64,000 nucleotides of DNA, from positions 25,110,001-25,174,000 of the forward strand of contig NC_043002.1 of assembly GCF_006345805.1 (NCBI RefSeq). The letters are read 5' to 3'. Below the pieces are notes generated by a model, which saw nothing but the letters and a program-made list of their open reading frames with translations, was not told the origin of the DNA and searched no databases. Positions 49,009 to 62,629 of the stretch are shown piece by piece; the stretch's first letter is position 1, and the number at the start of each line of letters is the position of its first letter. The translations under genes were made by a program, and so were the position numbers. The DNA is from Octopus sinensis (Eukaryota).

Positions 49009-50277
49009 GTTATAGTTAGTCAGAGGAGAAAGGATAACCCTCATGAAATTTTTAAAGAGCTTTCGAAAGTGGAGTAGGAAGAGGAAATTACCCCCAGAAA
49101 GTAAACAATGTTAGAAATGTTTAACAACAGAGTGGATTCCGTTAAAGGGACTGAAGGACCATGTCGTGGTGTAACCGTATCTTCTGATTATATCTACCCA
49201 CAAAAGAAGAGATTTAGTCCGTCCCATGGGCATTTGGACAGGTTGCTGTCAACACAGTTTCGTTCAAAGAGCTTGGATCGGTCCGAGGCGATCACAGAAG
49301 ACACAGCGGACTTTCAGAATAGCTTATCTGTACTTCACAGGGGAATAAAAGGACATAGGACATGATGGGAATGTTTTCATAATTTAACTTTTATTGAAAG
49401 ACATACAGAATTACCAAAAAATTTAAGGTAGGAAAAATGCACGTTTTCCTTTCTCGTGCGGTATAGAGCTTCGTGTTTCAAAACTCCGCCGAAAACACTT
49501 TTCCCAAAGCGCGGGGTTTGATTAAGAAACAAACTTGTTAACCACGATCAGATACAGATGAAAGCCACTATACACCCTTGCGCATAATTACTACCAACTT
49601 TATTAATATCTATAGCGGTGAAATGCCATGTCATTTGAACAGTAAACTATCAAAACAACAATGATGCTACGATCCGTTTCCAAGTTCTTCTCATCTGAAC
49701 AAAATTCCAGAGCTAACAAAAGGGAGCATCACTAATAGCTGTTGTGGTAGAGGGGAAATATCCCACTTGTATTTCGTTACAGCGGGTAATATTAATTATA
49801 ATAGATATAATTAGAGGGTAAACAGAATGAGAGAAAGAGAGAGGTGGAGCCAGAAAAAGAAAGAAATATTGAAATTTTCAACATGAGTGAGAGCTTTAGA
49901 GAGAGAGTTAGGTGAAGAAGAGGAAATTGTAAGAGATAGAAGGAAAAATGAGAGAAAAGCGAAAAACAAAAGGATGATCGTGGTTTAAAGTAAAATATAA
50001 TTATCGAAAATTAAAACGTGAAACAAGATATTTAGTGTAAGAGTAAATAATAAGACTGAGAGTAAGACTATTTGAAACCAATAATGATAGAAGCAGCAGC
50101 AGTAAGATAAATATTTAGCAGTAAAGTACTTCCGGTCATTAATATAACGACACCGGGCCGCCGAGTGCAGGCCCTGTTCGGTGCCCGAAACCAGCAGATT
50201 GAGACGAACACATACTCTATAGTAGCAGTTCTGTTGCGTTAACAGCGTTTAAAGTAGCGAAAGTTTCTTCAACTTAC

Positions 50278-50317
50278 ACTGCACAGACATATTGTTGTTC
50301 CTTTCTGGTTTAATCAT
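50278..50317 (-). CDS. ZFP64: ZFP64-like zinc-finger gene, coding exon 1 (MIKPERNNNMSVQ + 1 nt)
   Basis: ATG at 50317 has an in-frame TGA just upstream. The exon ends at a consensus donor CAG T|GTAAGT (intron starts 50277). Its phase 1 matches the phase-1 acceptor of exon 2. It lies directly below a promoter-like motif cluster. A second in-frame ATG at 50290 is an alternative start. Confidence 0.72.
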
Positions 50318-50374
50318 GTTGCTAGAATATCAAATGTCTTTAGAATCCAGGTTACACATTGAAATTTCCAGCTT

Positions 50375-50435
50375 CCGCCATTATGGATAGCTAAGAACTA
50401 GTGGCAATCAGTCACGTGATCCTCTACTTCCGGGT
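50375..50435 (-). promoter_or_regulatory. Core promoter region of the ZFP64-like gene
   Basis: YY1-like CCGCCATT (50375-50382), E-box TCACGTGA (50412-50419) and ETS motif ACTTCCGGGT (50426-50435) cluster 60-120 nt above the start codon. A second ETS motif ACTTCCGGT lies at 50128-50136. Confidence 0.6.
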
Positions 50436-53400
50436 CCAGTTTTAGCAAAATGTTTTTGCTTTTTTTTTAATAACAGTAACACATGTCAAAAAATAAATAA
50501 ATAATCCTTATTTTGTTTATTTATTTATCTCATAATACCACAAAATATGAACTTTTCGAATGTTTATCACATGAACATTAGTGAAGAACAGTTAACAGTT
50601 GTTCCGTGCTAAATATAATTAACACGGAGTCTACTACAAACAACGAATTATTTCTTACATAGACTTGAATTCGTATATTTATATGTTTAGGTGAAAAAAT
50701 TACAGACAACGCTGCTTATATATCTTTCTCTAGAGTGTTAATAACATAAGTGACAATAGGGGCGAGTGTCTTCAATGATTCGGAAATGATCTGCAGATTA
50801 TTTTAATTTTACGGAGTGAGAGACACGACCGGAGTTCTTTGTACTTCACATTTGACTAAATACCGTAAGATAGCTTTATCTGGCGTAGGAACCAGGGCCG
50901 GATGAAGCTAGTCTTCAGTTTGTAGCTTATGTTGCAATGGAAACCTTTTTTTTTTTTTTTTTAAGTCGACCCCAAGATTAGAAAGAACTGTGAAATTATA
51001 ATTATTTTTATGTATCTACCTTCCTATTGGAAGAACAAATTTATATAAATCAGCTAGCACGTTATGATGGAGGGGGATACATCGATCGAGATTGGTTTTC
51101 TTAGATATATATTCCGCCGAACAGTTTAAATATAATTTTATTTTATGGGTCCAACCGCGTATTTCAAAGAGTCATTGTATATCGATGAGCTGACTCGGGA
51201 AGGATGTGATCGAAATTAATATAAACGTTTCACTGTCACTGTATACGATTTATTTTACTTTCAGATATGATGTTTACTCGCTAGTCGAAGTGTTTGACAC
51301 ATTTAGAATGCTAACCCAGAAAGTGAAGGGCTTAGATGCTGTAAATTATGTGACCAATCTGTATAAGTGGACTTTTTTCTCTAAAAGTTCCTAATTTCGT
51401 TCTAAAGTAAATCTAAGAACACAAATTAAATTCTACAGCAGTATACTGATACGGAACGAAGGATCTGCTACGATGAGCTTTAAAATAACAACGTAAACAA
51501 ACGAAAGATTTTTTTATGAACTTGTGGAACAGAGGCAGTGGCCATTATTCAATTTCCCAGACATGCGAGAACGATAATGGTTCATGTTCTCTTTAAATCC
51601 TTTAGGTTCATGTTCTCTTTAAATCTTTATATTTGGACGTCGATAACACTCGAGCCATGAATTTACCTTTCATTTACCGTCGATACAAACATGTTAGTTT
51701 TCCTGTTTACGCTCAACTGAGAGATGAAAGACTAAAGGGAGCCAACTCGGAAGAGACCTATTATAAAGTGACTTCCCTTTGACTATAATGAACCACAAGT
51801 AATTATTGGCCTTGTAATGGAAAAACTAATTGGATTTTGTATTATTAATTTTTTCATATTTAATTTTAACGAATATTTGAAATTGTGACACAAACTCAAT
51901 TTTAACTGACGTCTGCAACTATTGTAAAATAATCATTTTATTTTATAATTCAATCTAAAGTCTAAATTTGGAAACATTTTGCATTGAATTAAAATTACGA
52001 TGAAGGTGACGGTTACTGTATCCATAGCAGAACGGTGGAAAGCACAGAAATATTGTAATCTGTCGGAAAAGAAGAATTTTTTAGATGTGGTTTTTGAAAC
52101 GTTCGAGAGAAGCTGGACCGCTAACCGAAAGATTTTTTCCTTCGTTAACATCCCATCACGCTGGTTTCGGGAGGGTGCCTGGCTGTAGTTGATGTTCGAC
52201 CTTACAATGCCCCCAATAATAGTGCCCTGAATTTTTTGAGCACCCTTAAAAATGTTTTAAGAGAGACTCCATTGTCCCTTGTGTTGTAAAATTTCATTTT
52301 TTGATTTCGTATATTTGGGAGGTCATTACGCCAATGAAAAACACGCATTAATTCTATCTGACTTCTTTATTATTTGTCTATTAGTTCAACATTTAAAGAG
52401 TTAACTAACTGTTTGATCAACAGTTCGGTAAATTAATTGATCAGGTTTGTTAAAGAACTTTCACCGCCACTCACGCCTCATCAATAACATTTTTTTATCG
52501 ATTTCTTACTGTTTACTTTTGTAAATTGTTATGTAATTATTTTCCTCCACTACATTAGCCCTATCGTTCGTACAGACTTCGATAGGAATTAAATTTAGAA
52601 ATAGGAAACGCCAAAATTCTGCTCCTTCCTCAACTACCCATTCTATTTATATCCAGCTTAATCTTGTATAACAATATTTTTCTTTTTCCGTTTTTTTTTA
52701 ATATCGGAATTAATGTAAATTCTGAATGGCACTTTACTGACGAGTGGCTTGAACTGAGACCATGTATTTTAGCTAACATAATTACATAATGAAAAGGTCG
52801 TCTTAGGTCATTTAAAAGCAAAAACTATCAGTGGAACTATGTCAGTGAGCAAACTGTAATAAAGCAACAAAAAATTCGGCAGCTCATGAATTTAAGAGTA
52901 AATTCCATTCACAAAAAATCAAAATAAGTATCTTGTGTTCTAAAAGATCATATGAGAGTTCTCTTTTAAGTGGGGATCAATATTATCTTTTGGTATTTAT
53001 ACTTCTTCTGTCACTCCAAATTATATTTTAGTTAGCCCACTGGTTATTTGCAACACCAGTGCCTCATTAGGCACTGTGATTCTCTGTATATTGCTTGCTG
53101 GAACATCACAGCAGTCAGGTATCTACCATTAACAAGGCAAGAGAAGGCTGAAATAATATGACCTGGTAGTCAAGGCACTGGTGGTGGCACTGATTTGTCT
53201 CCCACAAATGATGTAAACATGAGAGCATACATGCACCAAAAGACCGTACAAGGGGTTTCTTCACAGTAAACAGAGCAGTATTCTGTGTTCTAACACAACA
53301 TCCACTTTTAAGTGGGGATAAAATTTGCCTTTTGGTAATTAATACTGTTTCTGTCATTACTAATTATTTTTTAGCAAGCCCACTGACTGTTGAAGAAACT

Positions 53401-53599
53401 ATTATTAATTTTATTATTGTTAATAACTAGTCTTATTTTCATCATGTGCTTTCACTGTACTATTGAGCAGAGCTCTATGTACCTTGGGTATGTGCTGTGG
53501 TTTGTTTTGGCTCCCTTATTTTCACTGTATTGAAACTACTTTATGTAGTGTGTGTGCAGTACCTAGTAGTGCTATTTTCTACATGTTATATATATTTGT

Positions 53600-55770
53600 A
53601 AGTCCGGGTGTTTTGGTTATGTATTTGTGTTTAATTTTTTAATCATACCTAATGTACCTATTATTATAGGGATTGTTTCTATTTTTAGGCTGCCCATTTA
53701 GTTTATATCTGTTTCCAAATCTTTGTATTTTGAGAGTTCTGTCATTTCTTCCAGAGACACATTGTCATCTGTAAGGATTGATATGGTATTCTTTTTTTTT
53801 CTTAGTCATTTCTAAGAACTAAATCTGGTCTATTAGCTTTGATCTCAATCTGTTTATTGGCATATTCCAGAGTATGGTTGCTTTGTCATTTTCTGAGACC
53901 TTTTCTGGGATATGTCTATACCATCTCTTTTCTGTTGTCATCTCATAGCTTCCAGTGTATATAGGTCCCAACTCTGTCATGTTTACGGACATATTCCCTC
54001 TTAGCCAGGACTGGGCAGCTAGAAACAATATGATTTATTGTTTCTTCACCATCACCACATATTCTGCAGTTGTTTATTGTATGTTTCTTCAGAATGTGCT
54101 TTTGGTGGTTTCTGGCGAGGAGGCTTCAATCTTGTGCCACAATTCAAAACTATTCTATTTCTGCAGTGATTCCTGAGCTTCTCAACCAGTTTTGGGGTTT
54201 TACTTTGTCTATTTCTTTTCTGTTTAGCTTATCCTAGGATTTGCCATGTAAGAGATTTTCTTGCTATTGATTTATCTTGGTATTTTGTAGTTTCAGTTTC
54301 AGCTTAGATTTTAGTTCCTTTCAGCTTTTGTTGTTTCTTTTTTTCCTTCATAGTTGTCTGGTATTATGACCTCTTTCTTGTATTTTCAGCTTCCTTGAAG
54401 ATAGAAAGCTGCTTTTTGTTTTGCTCATGCTTTGTAACTTTTTGCACCAGTTTTTCTCAGTACTGAGTCAGATATCTCTGTAATGCTATAGTAATTTTCT
54501 AGTTGTATATGACCTCTACCACCTTCAATTCATTGTATATATAACCTTTCTATGTTGGATTTTAGATGCTGTATTCTAAATTCTGCCATTATTTTTCTTG
54601 TTTTCTTGTCTAGATTGGTTTGTTCATTTAGTGTCCAGTCAAGAATATTGTTGCTGTAACTTATAATTGGGACAGCTAAAATATTGATACTTATTTTGTT
54701 TTTCAGATTGAGTTCTGTTTTAAGTATTAATCCAACTCATCTGTAGTATTCCTTCCTTATCTTCCCTTTTATTTGTATATGTTGTACTGTGCCTAGTTCA
54801 TAAACTCCTAAGGCTTTGGTGCAGTTTTCTTATTTAATGTTCTTTATCTAGTGTGATATTGTTACTCTTTACTAGTTTTCATCTTCTGAGAGTTGCTTTA
54901 GTACATTTTTCAAAGCCAAATTTCGTATTTATTTCTTTGGTAAATCCATGCACTGTCTGTAGTAATGCTTCCAGTTGATTATCATTTGCAGTTTTAGATC
55001 ATCCTTATGCAAGAGATGGTTGATTGTTTTACCACACGGTTGCATCCAAATCCAGTTCTGCCAAGCATATCAGTTAAATATATTGGTGCCGAACAGAAAG
55101 GAAATGAAGAGAGCAAATCTCCTTGGAATATTCCTCTTCTAATGAGGTTGGCTTTAATTTTTATAATTCTCTCTTTTGCCTGTAGCTGCAGAACTGTTTA
55201 CCATTTATTCATAACATCATCATCATCATCGTTTAGCGTCCGCTTTCCATGCTAGCATGGGTTGGACGGTTCAACTGAGGTCTGGGAAGCCAGAAGGCTG
55301 CGCCAGGCCCAGTCTGATCTGGCAATGTTTCTACGGCTGGATGCCCTTCCTAACGCCAACCACTCCGTGAGTGTAGTGGGGGTTTTCCGTGCCACCAGCA
55401 CAGGTGCCAGACGAGGCTGGCAAACGGCCACGATTGGATGGTGCTTTTTACGTGCCACCAGCACGGGGGCCAGGCGAGGCTGGCAACGACCACAAACAGA
55501 TGGTGCTTTTTATGTGCCGTCGGTGATACCTTGTTCATAGCTAATGTTCTCAGGATCCATGTATTGGGAATATTGCCAAAAGTTTTCCAGTAATCAATTC
55601 AGGTTAGACCCTTCTTTTTCTTTCAGCAGTCTTCACTAATTACCTTATCAATCAGTAGCTGATCTTTACAGTTATATGAGCCTTTGTTACATCCCTTCTG
55701 CTCTTCTGAAAACAGATTGTTTTCTTCTAGATGTTTTGCCCATTCTCTGCAATATCATTGCAGTTTCTAA
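53600..55770 (-). pseudogene. Degraded R4/Dong-like non-LTR retrotransposon, interrupted by other repeats
   Basis: Minus-strand translations EEQKGCNKGSYNCKDQLLIDK, IRKEYYR*VGLILKTELN...LDKKTRK...ERLYIQ*IEGGRG and WYRHIPEKVSENDKATILWNMPI. Confidence 0.75.
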
Positions 55771-57463
55771 TATTTAACTAGCAGAATTGTTAGCATGCTG
55801 GAAAAAATGCTCGGTAGCATTTCATCCATCTTTTCGTTATGAGTTCAAATTCCACCAAGGTTGAAACAAATACCAGTTGAGCACTGGAATTGATGTAATC
55901 AACTTCTCTACACACCCAAATTGCTGGCCTTGTGCCAAAATTAGAAAGAAACTATTATTTCAAGTTTTTCTGAAAATAGCTTCATTTCGTTTCGCTTATC
56001 GTTATCATCAACTCCTTTTCATTCAGTCACCCTTTCCTTCTTTCTATCTACGTTTAACTTCTATCATGTTTTCTCTTTTTCTTTCTGTTTCCTTTCTGAC
56101 ATCCTCCCCACCACCCACTTTCAATCTCCAGCTCCACTTAATGAGTCAAAGAACACTCTCTTTTACTTGTTTCAAGCAAATCAACCCCAGGACTTATTCT
56201 TTGTAAGCCTAGTACTTATTCTATCGGTCTCTTTTGCCAAACCACTTAGTTACAGGGACGTAAACACACTACAATCAGTTGTCAAGCGATGTTGGGGGGA
56301 CAAACACAGACATACAAACATATACACACACATACATATATATATATACGACAGGCATCTTTCAGTTTCTGTTTACCAAATTCATTCACAAGGCTTTGAT
56401 CAGCTCGAAGCTATAGTAGAAGACACTTGCCCAAGGTGCCACGCAGTGGGAATGAACCCGAAATATGTGGTTGGTAAGCAAACTACTTACCACACAGCCA
56501 CTCCTGCATATGTAAGTATTTGATTTTTATCCGGAACCAATAATTCAATTATTCCTAGCAATTCACTTTAGCAACTTAATGAATTCAACTTCAACATTAC
56601 CATTCCACCCCAAACACTGACACAAATACATGCACACAGCCACACACACACACACAATCACACACACACACACACACACGGGCACAAACACATACACACA
56701 CATGAGACAAACTCAAGGCAGACCTTGAAGAAGAGTCGGTGTCATTGATTAGGTTGCAAATAGCAATGAAAGGACTTTGACAAACAAACAACCAATTGAT
56801 TGCTTAACAAACCCACTAAACAAACAAACAATTGATTTGTTAGTTGCTGAGATAATTAACCGATTGACTAACAATAAGGAAATGATATTGAACCAGTACT
56901 TGTGTTTATTATTATTGCTTCATTCAGAAGGTGGCAAGCTGGCAGAATCATTAGCATACCAAGTGAAATGCTTAGTGGTGTTTCGTCTGCCGCTACGTTC
57001 TGAGTTCAAATTCCACTGAGGTCGACTTTGCCTTTCATCCTTTCGGGGTCGATTAAATAAGTACCAGTTACGCACTGGTGTCAATATAATCGACTTAATC
57101 TGTTTGTCTGTCCTTGTTTGTCTTCTCTGTGTTTATCCCCTTGTGGGTAGTAAAGAAATAGGTATTTCATCTGTCTTTACGTTCTGAGTTCAAATTCCAC
57201 TGAGGTTGACTTTGCTTTTCATCCTTTCGGGTGGTGGGGGGGGGGTGATAAATTAAGTACCAGTTGCGTACAGGGATTGATTTAATTAACTGGCCCCCTC
57301 CCTCAAAATTTCAGGCCTTGTGCCTAGATTAGAAAGGATTATTGTGGGTCTCTCTGTCCCTTTGAGAGGTTTTATTTATGTCCTGATGGGTTTCATCAGG
57401 TTAGCATGGTGGGTACATGTGTTTAATAACCAAAAACTTGATCACGTAATGAAATATATCGAA

Positions 57464-57827
57464 CTGGCACTATGACCCGGCAACACCGGGTCATAGTGCT
57501 AGTGCATGCATATACAGCTGCGTGCGTGTGCACATACACGCGAGTACTGTCTAAATCTCTGACTAATCACACACAGCTAGCTGGCATTCAATTGGCGTAT
57601 CAAGTTTCGGGCATTTTGATTGGGTTTTGGATAGAAAATTCACAAAAAAGTCACTTCTATTGATTTTTTAATGGCTTTGTGGGGTGACTGGGGAAATGTA
57701 AAGATGTGCACGACCACCCTTGGATGGTTTTGAATGACCATAGAAAGTGCGAGCCCTCTAACAGAAAAATTGTGGATTTTTATAAAGGACATACACGCAG
57801 ACATTTTGCCGTTTATATATAGAGAGA
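57464..57827 (-). mobile_element. Non-autonomous Helitron-like element (364 bp)
   Basis: Minus strand starts A|TCTCTCTATATATAAAC and ends with a GC-rich hairpin (ATGACCCGG-tgttg-CCGGGTCAT) then CCAG|T; inserted at A-T with no TSD. Confidence 0.65.
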
Positions 57828-58882
57828 TTACATGTTACCATAAGCTACACTCAGAATAAGGTGACATATACTACTACCACTAATGCTACTACTACTACCA
57901 CCACCACCACTGCCGCTGCTGCCACCACCACAAACACACATACACAAACATGCTCTCATACACCTGTTGGCACATGCACACAAACACATGTATACACATA
58001 CACACATTCCACGTTGCATAGTGAGGTTCAATAGTTGTAATACTGTAACAGTGAGCATTCATTGCAGGAGAGTCACAAAGCTGAACAGATCAATAATCAA
58101 TAAGTGTTTTAGAGAGACAGTGTGGAAGGAAGAGAAGGGAAACAAAGAGGGGAGACTGGTGTTCTCGCTTTTCTGTTAATTAGAGTTAGCTTAACTATTA
58201 CAGCTTCAGTTTTGGGGTAACAATAGAAAAACAATGGCTGAGACAAACTACTATATCAACTGTAACAGAGACAACAGCAACAACAATAACAACAACAGCA
58301 ACAACAACAACAGTAACTGCAATAGCCAAAAACAAGGAGAAGCTGGAAATGACATTTCTATGAATTTACTCGAGCTGTTAGATATTGCTACTAAATCTCC
58401 CTCAAATCTCGCCCTATCATCAGGTAATGTGGTCTTAGATTTACTCTAGACACCTGAGTTAGTCATGGTTGGAGTGGCTTGATCATAGGTATGTTAAATC
58501 AGGATTGATCAAAAGCTAAACAACAATGGTACACACACACACACCATCATCATCATCATCACCATCATCATCAATAATTCATATATCATATTTGAAAAAG
58601 AAGCATACTCTAAAACATTAGAGCAGTAATGTATTTATTTAAGAGGTTAAAAAGTTATGGCCAGTCATTGAGTGACCATTCGTTTCACACCTATAAAGTG
58701 CTTAACAGTATAGGCAACTTGTTAGGCTAAAATGGCCGAAATATGAAGGCCATTTGAGTTTGAGTTGCCTATATTGCTGAATGATTTATAGGTGCAAAAC
58801 CAATGGTCACTCTATGACTGGCCATAACGTCTAACTTCCTAAAATGCATATATATGCCTTAGATAGAAATAATTACAATACC

Positions 58883-60310
58883 TTAGATAGAAATAAATAA
58901 TTACAGAGGTATCAAATTGTTGGATCAGGTGATGAAAGTTGTGGAGAGAGTCATACCCCAACTAAGGAGAAAGTTAATCTAGGTGAGATGCAGTTTGGCT
59001 TTGTTCCAGGTAGAAGCACCACTGATGCTATATTTCTGGTAAAGCAACTGCAGGAGAAATACCTAGCCAAAGATAAACCTCTGTACTTGGCTTTTGTTGA
59101 CTTGGAGAAAGCTTTTGACAGAGTACCCCAATCCGTTATCTGGTGGTCAATGTGGAAACTAGGGATAGAGGAGTGGTTGCTGACAGCTGTACAAGCCTTA
59201 TACAAGGATGCTACCAGTAAGGAGAGGGTGGGAAACGAGTACAGCAAAGAATTCAGGGTACTAGTAGGGGTTTACCAAGAATTAGTGCTCAGCCCCATCT
59301 AGTTCATCATAGTCCTCCAGGCAATAACAGAGGAATTCAAGACAGGCTGCCCCTGAGAGTCCTCTATGCTGATCACCTTGCTCTTATAGCTGAATCACTA
59401 TCTGAGCTAGAGAAGTTCCAGGTATGGAAACAAGGTCTTGAATCAAAGGGTCTTAGAGTTAACCTCACAAAAACCAAAGTCATAGTAAGTAGGAAGGCAG
59501 ATAAATCACAAACCCTCTCAGGTAAATGGCCCTGCTCAATCCGTAGAAAAGATGTAGGTAGAAACTCCATAAGATGCACCAAGTGTAAGCTTTGGATACA
59601 CAAAAGGTGCAGCAACATCAAAGGAAGGTTAACAGAGAAACCAACTTTTATATGTGGAAGGTGCACAGGCATAATAAATGCTGAACATGTGTGGAAAATA
59701 AACTCCATCAACTGCCGGGGTAGCTATCTAGAGGTAGTAGATAGCTTCTGTTATCTAGGTGTCCAAGTAAGTAGTGGAGGTGGATGATGCTCTAAGAGTG
59801 TAGCTATGAGAATAAGATTAGGCTTGGCAAAGTTCAGAGAGCTCCTATCCCTGCTGGCAACAAAGGGCCTCTCTCTCGGAGTGAAAAGCAGATTGTTTGA
59901 TGCCTGCGTGCAAACAGCTATGCTGCATAGCAGTGAAACATGGGCTATGACAGCTGAGGACATGCGTAGGCTTTAAAGGAATGAAGCTTGTATGCTTTGC
60001 TGGATGTGCAATGTCAGTGTTCATGCTCAAGAGAGTGTAAGCATCTTGAGATAAAAGTTAGGCATAAGAGGAATCAGATGTGGTATGCAAGAAAGATGAC
60101 TGTGCTGGTATGGCCATGTGATGTGTATGGATGAGGATAATTGTGTAAAGTAATGCTGATCTCTAACTGTTGATGGAACCTGTGGAAGAGGTAGACTGAG
60201 GAAGATATGGGATGAGGTGGTGAAGCATGATCTTCGAACTTTGAAGCTCACAGAAGAAATGATTTGTGACTGAGACCTTTAGCGATGTGCTCTGCTTAAG
60301 AGGACCCATC
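58883..60310 (+). mobile_element. Older degraded RTE LINE copy
   Basis: QFGFVPGRSTTDAIFLVKQLQEKYLAKDKPLYLAFVDLEKAFDRV; collinear with 19840-21260, with many stops. Confidence 0.88.
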
Positions 60311-60351
60311 AAGCCAAGTAACCCTGTGCTGGTGGCATGTAAAGAATCAAC

Positions 60352-61020
60352 CTTTGAATGTTGGGCCTCAAAGTGGTTGAGTTCCTTTTGAGTATTGGGC
60401 CTCATGGAGGCAAAGTGGCTGAGTTCCTTTCGAGTGTTAGGCCTCATGGAGGTGGGGTGGCTGAGTTCCTTTCAAGTGTTGGGCCTCATAGGGGCAAAGT
60501 GGCCAAGCTCCTTTCAAGTGTTGGGCCTCACGGAGGCAAAGACCAAGACCTATGGCATTCTGTCGTGCATAAGAGGACCCATCGGGCCAAGTAAAATCAC
60601 AGTTGTGGCAAATACCAGTGTCTCATAAATAGTACCTGTGCCAGTGGCATGGGTACCAAAGCTCTTGGTCATTGCCTTCTTGAGGCCCAACACTCGAAAG
60701 GAGCTCGGCCACTTTGCCTCCATGAAGCCCAACATTCGAAAGGAACTCAGCTATCTCGCCTCTGTGAGGCCCATTCGAAAGGAACTCAGCCACTTTGCCT
60801 CTATGCAGCCAAGGAGCTCAGTCACTTTGCCTCCATGGGGCCCGACACTTGAAAGGAACTCAGCCATCTCACATCCATGAGGCCCACTCAAAACGAACTC
60901 AGTCACCTCACCTCTGTGAGGCCCAACACTCGAAAAGAATTCAGTCACTTTACCTCTATCAGGCCCAATGTTCAAAAGGTACTCATACACTTTGCCTCCG
61001 TGAGGCCCAACATTCAAGGT
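60352..61020. repeat. 42-bp tandem arrays in opposite orientations
   Basis: Unit TTCGAGTGTTGGGCCTCATGGAGGCAAAGTGGCTGAGTTCCT: about 5 copies at 60352-60540 and about 8 reverse-complement copies at 60676-61020. Confidence 0.85.
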
Positions 61021-62629
61021 TGAATTTTTTTTTAGTAAGAAAATGGAGATTGGGGAATTCATAATTGTTTATTATCAACAGCAAATTAATCATCATCCCT
61101 TACAGCTCTTTCAATTAAATATTGAGTAAATATTAAATATTAAATTTCAGTAAATACTAAATTTATATGATCTGAGCATAATATCTTCAGAGGGAAAAAA
61201 ATATACCCTTGGATGTTTTATATGTGTTGGGTGTTACATGTATGGATCAAAACTATTTGATTTAAACTCCTTGGTACTCAGAGTTTCAAGTGTGTCGCTA
61301 GTCCTCAATCATTGAGTCTGAATGAGAGTTTGATTAAAGAGAGTCAATGTTTACTACTGGTTGTTAGACTGCGATTGGTCAAGAAAGGTCATGCGGTGTC
61401 ACAGTTTGATGTTAGTATTTCAGCGCCAACATAATTATTTGGAAAATGCTGCATGGTGAACAGGAAATCGGTCGTGTGGTTTGGAGGAAGTAGGAAGGAG
61501 TGGCAAATATGGGAGTATATATGTATATATGTGTACATGTATATACAGACACAACTTTTTAAACAGAATTTTCTGTTATTAACAATTTGAACCTCTTAAG
61601 TTTAGAAGTGATGGCAATCTCTCGTTAAGGTTCATGTGACATGTAACTATCTTAATAAAAAATCCTATCATTCTGTTAAGGCACAAACTAGAAGAAACAC
61701 TACTACTTATTCAACTAAAGTTTGTTCAGTAGGTGATTTGCACGTGATTTCGGAAATAACTGAAAATCAGCTACCAAACATATTTCTAGAACTAGTGTCA
61801 TGGTTTGCATGTTTAATGCCGGTAACCAGGCTGGAAATGAATAAATACAAGAATAAATTTATTTAGAAATGTAAGAAATTCTTTCACGTCAGATTAATTC
61901 TACAATATATAGAACTACAGTTACTTAAATATCAAATTGTACAAGGACTTTATAATGACATTGTATATTTTTGCATTTACCAATCTTTGTACTTTGATTA
62001 ATAATTCAAAACAATAGGATTGCAATGATGTGACAGCAGCCAAAATGTGACAGTTTGTTCTTTTTATTCCTTGTGCGTTTTATTATGTCAGTTTTTCCAT
62101 ACCAGCATGAGTTAGTTGAATACAATACTCTTTTCTACTCTAGGCACAAGGCCTGAAATTTTGAAGGAGGGAGCCAGTTGATTAGATCGACCTCAGTATG
62201 CAACTGGTACTTAATTTATCGACCCCGAAAGGATGAAAGGCAAAGTCGATCTCGTCAGAATTTGAACTCAGAACGTAAAGACAGATGAAAATACCGCTAA
62301 GCATTTCACCCGGCATGCTAACGTTTCTTATTTCTTTATTGCCCACAAGGGGCTAAACATAGAGGGGACAAACAAGAACAGACAAAGTGAATAAGTCGAT
62401 TACATCGACTCCAGTGCATAACTGGTACAGCCTTGTCACACTCTGTGTCATGCTGAATCTCCCTGAGAACTACATTAAGGGTACATCTGTCTGTGAAGTG
62501 CTCAGCCCCTTGCATGTTAATTTCATAAGCAGGTTGTTCCATTGATTGGATCAACTGCAACACTCGTCGTCATAACTGATAGAGTGCACATATATATGTA
62601 TATGTATGTATATATATATATATATATAT

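Noticed and set aside
51265-51340. Possible plus-strand exon (YDVYSLVEVFDTFRMLTQKVKGLDA) of a divergent gene
   Set aside because: Plausible AG/GT ends, but no recognisable domain and no linked exons found; needs RNA-seq.
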